Of a stretch of DNA of 64,000 nucleotides, positions 37,901 to 46,900 are shown piece after piece. The stretch is from the NCBI GenBank assembly GCA_051252135.1, contig JBPOGH010000020.1, positions 1 through 64,000 of the forward strand. The letters run 5' to 3'. Every line of letters starts with the position of its first letter. Position 1 is the first letter of the stretch. Under the pieces are notes generated by a model. It worked only from the letters and a program-made list of their open reading frames with translations, had not been told where the DNA came from and did not search any database. Source of the DNA: Verrucomicrobiaceae bacterium (GTDB lineage: Bacteria; Verrucomicrobiota; Verrucomicrobiia; Verrucomicrobiales; Akkermansiaceae). Made by a program: the position numbers and the translations under genes.

Positions 37901-40900
37901 TTGACTCCAATACGCCGTATGTCCGCATCACCGGCAGCGGGGATTCAAACAGCTCATACGATGTCTACGCCTTCGAAATCACCGCTGATCAGCTCAATCC
38001 TCCTACGACAATATTGACGGTTGGTTCGGAAGCCGGCACCGAGAGAGATAATAGCACCTTCTTCAGCAGTATCTCTCTCGGCCTGACTGGCAGCCCTAAA
38101 ACCGGTGACGTCTGGAGCCTCGGGCTGCGCAATCGCACATACGAGGTCACGGTGGGTGACACCCTTACGGTTTCCTTCTTACCGGATGGCACTACTCCCG
38201 TCACCGCGGTTGTTGATACACTTGAAGAGATTGCCCAAGCCTTTGAGGTGATGCTTCCTACCCGCTACACGCACAGCGTTACCAATGTCCTGGGTGTCAC
38301 CCTTCTGAATATCTCCGCTGACAACGGATTTAATCTCAGTGGAGCGACGGCCGAGGATAATGGCTTCCGTCAGTCCACAACCGGAGCGGGAATCTTCACA
38401 GCCTCGGTTAACCTCAATAATGATACTCCCGCGTTGGCCAACCTGAACTACGCCGAGCTGACACTGAGCGGCGATATCGTCCCCGGTGAGATCATCAAGA
38501 TCAACGATACCATGCCCGGCGTCACGGTGGCAGTCGGTGATAGCGCTTCAACTGTCGCTGGTAGAATAGCTGCTCAATTCACCTATGCCTCTCATCCTGC
38601 GGGTCAGAACAAGGTCATTTTCAATCGTGCCACTCCATTCACGCTGAAATACTCCACGAGCGGTCCGGCAACTGGACTGATTGCCACTGCCCGAGTGCAG
38701 GCCGCACCTTCGGAGAACGACGGTATCACTTACTCCCAGCTGGATGTCACCCTGTTCGGTGCCGTGCGCGTAGGGGAAAAATGGGAACTCAAGTTGGGAG
38801 CCACCACGAAGAACGTGATCGCCGCAAATGGCGAGGATCTCGAAGACATTGCTGATCGCCTGGCCGATGAATTTGGAGCCGGCGTCACCGCAAGTGCAGG
38901 CGTCATTTCCACGACCAATAGCACTTACGGAGGAATCACCGTAACACCCTCCGGCAATATTGGTGTCACCAACCCGGCCGGAGTCAGCGCATACAGCATC
39001 AACCTGACCCAAACACCGGTAGCAGGTCAGACCTGGATACTACGTTCCCTTGATGGAACGACGGAAATCGCCCGCGCCGAGATTCCGGTAGCAGCAACAC
39101 CACAAGCCGTTTCAGCCATTGCAACGAGTCTTGCCAATGCCGTCAATGGCACCGGAACACTACTTGCCGAAGCTTTGGGAACCAATGTAACGATCATTGA
39201 TACGGCGGGCACCCTCGATGGGCTCAGCTTGGTCATCGCTCAAGCGAACATCACTGTCAGCAGCCAACTTCGCAGTGAGGTCTATGATCTGTCTGCCCTG
39301 ACTGTGACAGCCAGTGATACCTGGACCTTGAAGGCCGGAATGGGAGCACCCAATCAGATTGCTGAATCGGTGGTGGGAGCGGACCTTGAAGCGACCATCG
39401 ATCTCCTGGTGACTGATAATGCCGGTAATACCAATTTCTCACTCACCAAGGAATCCGCCACCGAGATTCGGGTGACACGCCTCTCCGGAACAGCAGATAT
39501 TGCCCTCGCACTCGATATCACCACTCCGCCCATGGGAATGGGTGGCATGGCAAGCACAGTCACCGAGTTGGAGTCCGGAGCCAATATCAGCTCCACGGTT
39601 TACACTCTTCGCACGGTCAGCTTCCCGGCCGCTGCTCCTCCGGCAGAAGCTTGGACACTTGAATTGAAAGATGGCGCGGCAACGACCTTTACCGGAGCGG
39701 CAACCTCAAGTGATGCGGCGCTTCAGGATCGGGTCGATGACTTCACCGTTGGCCTGCCGACCGGATTCAGTGCAAGTCGTATTGGATCGGGAACCGGCAG
39801 TGAACTTCTCCTCCAGCGCACCGGCTCCGGGGTATTTGATGCGCACGTTGCGCGGGGAACGGGGAACACAGTGCAAACTGGGACTGTTGCAAAACTCGAT
39901 CTCACCGGCACTCCCAATACCGCCGTCAACTGGACGGTCAATGTGGCCTCCCAGGTCATTCACTATGTGCCAGCGAGCAATGGCCAGTCACTTCCAGCTA
40001 CTGCGATCGGAGTAGCGGGTGCCATCAACGCAAATACCACCGCGGCAGCCTCGGTCACGGCGGTAGATTCCGGGTCATCCGTTTACACCGTTCTTCGTGC
40101 CGGAGGATCGGCGATCACCCCAACTACCTCGGTCACTTTTGTAACACCGACTGACTTCGGAGCAACCTATCGTGGCAACCTTAATCTGGATTACACCCAG
40201 ACCATCACCTTCAGCCCGGTAGATGCTACCGCTACTGATGTATTTGTGAATGATCGTTGGGCCTTTGATTACACAGATGCTGCAGGCACAGAGCGCAGTG
40301 TCGGGTTCCGTGGCCAGGAATCCATTATCGATAACAACGGAGCACCAACAGCTGTGGCAGCTGCGACTACTCTGGACACCATGGCTGATCGATTTGCCAC
40401 TGTTCTTGCCGGGCGCCCGAGTATTTCCCAGGCAACCGCAAGTGGTGGAGTGATCACCGTGAAGCAAACCAATGGGTCGGCAGTCGAGTTCGAAAGCATC
40501 TCCCACACCCGTCAGCGGGTAACGCATGGAGGCGATCGTGCGCAGAATCAATCCGGCCTCGCCGGTCCCTTCTACAACACGATGGTTGTGACTCTGGATG
40601 GCAACTGGAACAGCGGTCAGGTTTGGACCGTCGAACTGGATGGCCAGACCTATGAATTCACCACTCCCAACGAGAGTGATCCGAACAAACAGAATCTCAG
40701 CCGGGTCGCCAAGGGCTTGCGTGATGTCATCAACGCCAACACCACGGACGGACTGAGAGCCCAAGTGAGCGGACGTGAAATCACGGTCAGTAAGACTGCA
40801 GCATCACCTGTCGAAAACCCCTTCCTCTTCGATATTTCCCGGGGATCAGGGTCAGTCAGGGTTCTTCTGGATGTGGATGACGCCAATATCCTTAGAAGCA

Positions 40901-43900
40901 CCGAAAGCCTCTTCTTTGGTCTGGAGACTATTGACTTCACCGCAAATATTACCGCCCGACTTTATGACTCCAATGGAGTCTTGGTCACCCCGGACCTTGA
41001 TCGTAATACCACTCATCCCGGTATTGTCGATTCCGGCAGCTTCCAGGCGAGTGATGTCTTCAACGAATACTTGATCGGCAGCTCCGGACGTTACTACGTA
41101 GTGATCGGGTCCCATACCGATTATGCCAGTAAGACCAACTTCTTTGAGTTTGAGAACTTCCGCACTGACTTCGATGGAGGCGTTCGCGAAGGACTGCGTT
41201 ACACTGCCAACATTTCGGTTGAGAACCAGGCAAGCAATCCCAACCAGCTGATCCTCACCGGTGCCCGCCTCGAGATTTCGGCTGGAACGGGATCCGCAGC
41301 AACTCCTTTGGATGGAAACCAGTCGGGAATCATCCAGTCCTACGACTCCAGAACCAAGACCTTCGTTGTCACTCCAAACAATACCTGGACGAGTCTTCCG
41401 AATGGCAGCTCCTTCTTTGATATCTATGAGACTAACATTCCGGGGGATTATGAGGACTTTATCATCCGGGATGACTACACCTTGCGCTTGAGCGCTGTGC
41501 CCACCGGTCCCGTCATCATTGACATCCTTCCGGAACGCACCCGCACTTACAATTCCGACGAAGCCTTCAACCCTGTCGTTTATTACGGTGAGCAGACCGA
41601 AAAGCAGGTCCGCGTCGCAACCGATCGCCTCGCCGTCCGGGCGCTGGAAACCCCGAATGCCAACTGGGCGCTCACTCTGACCAGCCAAACCGGGGGAGGG
41701 GACGTGACCCTGACGGGCGCTCAACTGGCCTCCGTGCTTAACAGCAACACCACGATAACCACCGGAGGTTACACCGTTGTGAGAGAAGAGATTCGAGGTG
41801 AAAATCACATCGTGGTAACACACGCCGATGCCTTCTACTCGGAGCTGGAAACCGGAGATCCGGTCACCACCTACAACGGCACCAGCGCGGACATCGAACT
41901 TCTTGGAGTTATTGCCACCGGACAGGTCTGGTCGCTGCAGCTTGGATCGAAGACTCTGGAGGTCACTATCACCGACCAGGTTGCCGATCGTTCGACTGTC
42001 GGAGAGTGGCAACAAACCGGGAACACCTACAGCGTCTCCCTCCTCTCGAACTCAGGACCACGTCTCACCCGCGTTGCCGAGCTGATGGAGCAACTGATTT
42101 CAACCGATCCCGCCCTCGTAGACTACACTGTTCAGCGCTTCGGACGTATTCTGGCTCTGGAGAAGGTTGGCGGCATCGATGCGACGGTATCCCTAACCGG
42201 AAGCGGAGCTTCACGGGGAGCCTTCCTGATCAACCCAACCCGCGGTCAGACCATCCATCAGGTTGTCTTTGATCCTTCGGAGTTCGATACGGACGGCACC
42301 GCCGGACTGAGCACCAGTGAAACCAAACTCTTCCTTGAGTTTGAGCAAACCGTCCACGTCGAAGCCCTCGATGATCGCTTCATCGATGGTGGGGATGCAC
42401 TGGTCTTTGCTCCGATCGAGGAGCGCATCAACACCGTCCGCGGGCCAATCACCATCAATGGTGGCTTTGGTGAAACCGATGAACGTTTCCTCAATAATCC
42501 GGTGCTCTACCCGGGTGAAACGAATGAACCGCTGGCGGATGGCAACATCGAGAATCTTGGTAGTGTCGAAGTGACCGAACTGATCACTCCGACTGATGAT
42601 GGAACCCGAGCCTTCATCGAGGATATTTTTGCCACGCATATCAACCCGAACACTGGACTTCGTCCCGGATTTGATCCTCGTATGAACGACTACCTCTACA
42701 CCGTTGAGTTCCTCAATGGTCGTGCAGAAGGTTCTGTCTATCGGGTGCTGCGTGAATTTGGTGTCTCCAAAGACATCTTCTCCATTGGAAACGAAAGGGG
42801 TATCTCACTTGATCTCACTCCGGCACTCATCTCCACTCTCAGCCCACACTTTGATGCCTACGTCACCAGCAAGAATGCAAACACTGCCAACAGCTGGAAG
42901 AGTGTGAACTACACCTTTACCGGAGCTTCTGAAGATGCCGAGACCTGGACAATCGATCTCACCCAGGGAACAAGCACCAAAACTTACGCGGTGACGCTCG
43001 GCACCACCGTAGATGATGTGGAGATCAACACCATGGGCCGCGCCGTCTTCGCCCTGCGTGATGCAATCAATGCCGAAGGTATTTACACCGCGCAAATTCG
43101 GGTGGGTCTGCTTGGTGAAGTGAATCTCACCGTTTCCCACGCTGCGGCATCCGCCTTCACCTCGAACATCAATCGCAGCACAGCGGTGGCTCTGAACCAG
43201 ACGGTGACCGAAAGTGGTTTCCTGAACCAATTGGGCGATCTGGATACCGGAAATGACCGTGGATTCGCTACCGTAGCTCTATTTGCGAAGCTTGGCAGTG
43301 ATCCGGCGGCTCTGGCCAATGAGACCATCAGCTTCGATCTCCACTACTTTGACGATAGCAACACTGCTCGAAGCCGAACCTTGAGCTTCACTCTGGGGGC
43401 CACTCCAAGCTTCGAGTCCATCTTCTCCGAGTTCTCGACCGAGATCAGCAATGAGTCGCTGAGCACCATCATTGCTCCTTCAATCACAGGCCGCCGCGTG
43501 ATCTTCGATTCCGATTGGTTGGTTGATCAGGAAAATGGTGTTCTCCGCAAACCTCTGCTTGGAAACGACTATTACTACTCACCGTTCAACGCCAACTTCG
43601 ACGCTGAAGAAATAGACCAGGTTGACGTCCTCAACGTCTTCAACGGCAACAGCCCCTCCAACGACTCCGGCGTCCTGACGGGGAACAGATTGACCGGATT
43701 CGGTCTGGGCGGTGATACCGTGATCTCCGGCCGTGAAATCCAGGGGGGGGTCACTTACAAGTCACTTGAAGAACTCAACATCGAGTTGGGAACCGGCAAC
43801 GATACCCTGATCATCGAAGATACTCACGCCGGTAAAACAACGATTGCAACAGGAGCAGGCCATGACCGGATCGCGATTGCCCATACTTCCGGCACGCTGA

Positions 43901-46900
43901 ACATCTCGGGAGGCACCGGTGATGATACCCTCCACATTGCCACCGCGAACATCGATGGAAATGCCACAAGCTCCGAAGCCCGACTCGAGACCATCATGGG
44001 ACATCTCAGCTTCGATGGTGGTTCCGGTATCGATCGCATGACGGTCGATGACAGCAGCGACTCCAGTTCCGAGGCCGGCACGTTGACTGAAAATGCACTC
44101 ACCGGGTTTGGATTCGGTTCCGTCAGCCAGGTTCAGACTCTGACGGTAATCGGGCAAGCCGGCTTCTACCGGATCAGCCGGGGCGATGTGAATGTCCCAT
44201 GGTATTACATCCGACCCGGTGTGGCCCGCCCGGGTGCCCTTGGTGTCGTTCTCGATGTCCGCTTCACAGCCTCTCAAATTCAAGATCACCTGGAATATAT
44301 TTATGGTTCCGGCAATGTCGCGGTCAGCCTCATTTCGGAAGACTCCGGAGCCAAGACCTACGGCATCGAGTTCACCGGACAACTTTCCGGAGCCGATGTG
44401 GCCCCAATTCGATGGGCTGATCCCGGTCCGATCAACTTGATTGCAAATGGAGACCTTGGCCCGGTCAACGTCGGCGGAATTAGCCTGCCGAACCGGAACT
44501 CGGGACGCGCGGAAATCCTCGTCGGCACCCGCACTTCCGCAGAAGCGGATCCTTCCGGAGGCAATACCCAACAGTTCCTCGAAATCGTGAATGCCGACCG
44601 CGGCACCTTTACGATCACCTTGTTGGATGAGACCACCGCTCCACTTCCGTTCGATATTACGCTTGAGAAGCTCATCGACGCCCTCCAGCCAATTCTCAAT
44701 CCGAACAATTCCGACCCATCGAAGCCCTACACCGATAACTTCGATATTGAGAAGATTGGTAACCGCTTCCTGATTACCTTCAAGGGAGAGCACCGCGACC
44801 TCTCCATTCCAGGCGTCGATGTCAATGTCACCGAACTCCGTGGGGGAACGGTAGTCCTGACCACTCGCGAAAGCGGACTCAGCTACTTCAACCTTGAGCA
44901 GTTCGACCTCACCCTCGGCGATGGCGCGAATGTCCTCAATATCCAGGGCACGTCTGCCACCACCAATGTCGATCTGGGCGGTGGTGATGATGAAATCTAT
45001 ATCTCTTCCCTCAGCGACATCGACTTCTCCAAGAGGGAGCCGACCTTTATCGGAAACCTCGACCGCATCCTGGGCACGCTCAATATTGACGGTGGAAGCG
45101 GGGATCAGCGTCTGGTCATCTCCGATGCATCTTCCGCCATCGGCGATACGGTCTCCATTATCAACCGACTTCCTTCCCGTGGACTTCCGGGTCAGGATCT
45201 TACCAAGCTGGATAGAAACGCAGAACTCTTCGTCATTGGAGCCTCTCCGGCACCGATCTCGATCCAGGCAAACCGCGTTGACGGGACATTCCGTGAAGGC
45301 TTCCGCGTCGAAACGGGTTCTGGCGATGACACCGTGAATATTACGAGCTCCATCTACCGATTGCGGATTGCCGATGCGGCGCCGCTGGAGCTCGATACGG
45401 GACTTGGAAATGACAATGTCTTTGCCTCACTGACGCAAAACGGCAACTCGCCACTCATCATCCGCACCCAGGGTGAATTCAATTATCGAGTGAAGCTTCG
45501 CAGCGGTCTCAATATCGCTGATCTCACCAATCCCGAGGATGAAATCTCGGTCCTGGTCGATGGTGTCCGCCTGACTTCCAGCCAGTTCCGCGCCGTGCTC
45601 GGGCAGAATGCCATCGATGTGAAAGTGAGCGGGGATCTTTCGCCTGATAGCGTCATCGAGGTCCAGCTGTCACGCGTGACCAGAGGCCGCATCTCCGAGG
45701 TTCCGGGGCAGCGCCAATACATTGTCGATTATCAACTCCGGGCCGGAGAAACGGTGAAACTCTTCTCGGCAGGAGTCGCACTTCGTCAGGGTGCCGATTA
45801 CTTCTTCTACCAGCTCCAGCCCCAGCAGTTTATTGTGGTCTTCAATGGCCGATTCAATTTCTTCCGCAATGGAGACATCGTCTGGGAGGCTACGAACATC
45901 GTGAATGAGTTCCAGACGGTAAGATCACTCGATCAGCGGGATAACGATTTCATCAATGCCTCCGGATCCACCTTGCCACTCACAATCTTCGCCGGCAGCG
46001 GCGATGACGTGGTGATCGGAGGGCAGGGCAACGATGTGATCCACTCCGGCCGTGGAAACGACATTGTCTTTGGTCGTTCGGGATCGGATATCATCAACTC
46101 GGTTGCCAACAACCAGCTGACCATCGACCGCGATATCATCTTCGGTGATGACGGGGTGGTGAAATACGAGAGCGCAACGGGCATCGTCGTCATTGACAGT
46201 CGTGCCACAGGCCAGAGGCGTTTGCCTGTCGGTGACTACCGCTTGCTTGAAATTCTCTCGGTTGATGGTGGAACCGCTGGAGATGATCGGATCACCAGCG
46301 GGCGCGGTGCCGATATTCAGATTGGCGGCTATGGTGCTGACACCCTGACATCCAACGACGGTAACGATATCCTGATTGGTGACAGCGGTCTGATTAAGTA
46401 TCGCTCCGGACGGATTGCCTCGATCGAGTCCTCCGACTCCTTCTCACAATCCGGCACTGACGACATCCTTTCCGGGGGTGATGGAGTAAATCATCTCATT
46501 GGCGGCCTTGGAAGTGACCAAATCACCACAGGCGCCGTGCTGCCTGGCGGATTCTCAACCGTTCTTGGTGACCTTGGTCGCGTGAACTTCACATACGATC
46601 CCGGAACGGGAATCAACTCTGTTACCTCTCTGACCTCCACCTTCCCGGGGCTTGGCGGAAATGACCGCATTGCCTTGTCCTCCGGCTTCCATTGGGTGAT
46701 CGCCGGAGTCGGCTCCGATGAAGTCAGCTCCGCCGGAGGTGCTTGGGTATCATTGACGATCGGACGCTTTGTTTCGCTTCAAGCCGGAGCGCTCGAATAC
46801 TTCGAATGGACCAGGCTCACCTCTCCGGAAAACTCCACCGGAGGCACCTTGTCAGTTGTTGATGGCTATCTCATCGAGGAGAACTCCCGCCCGTTGCCAT

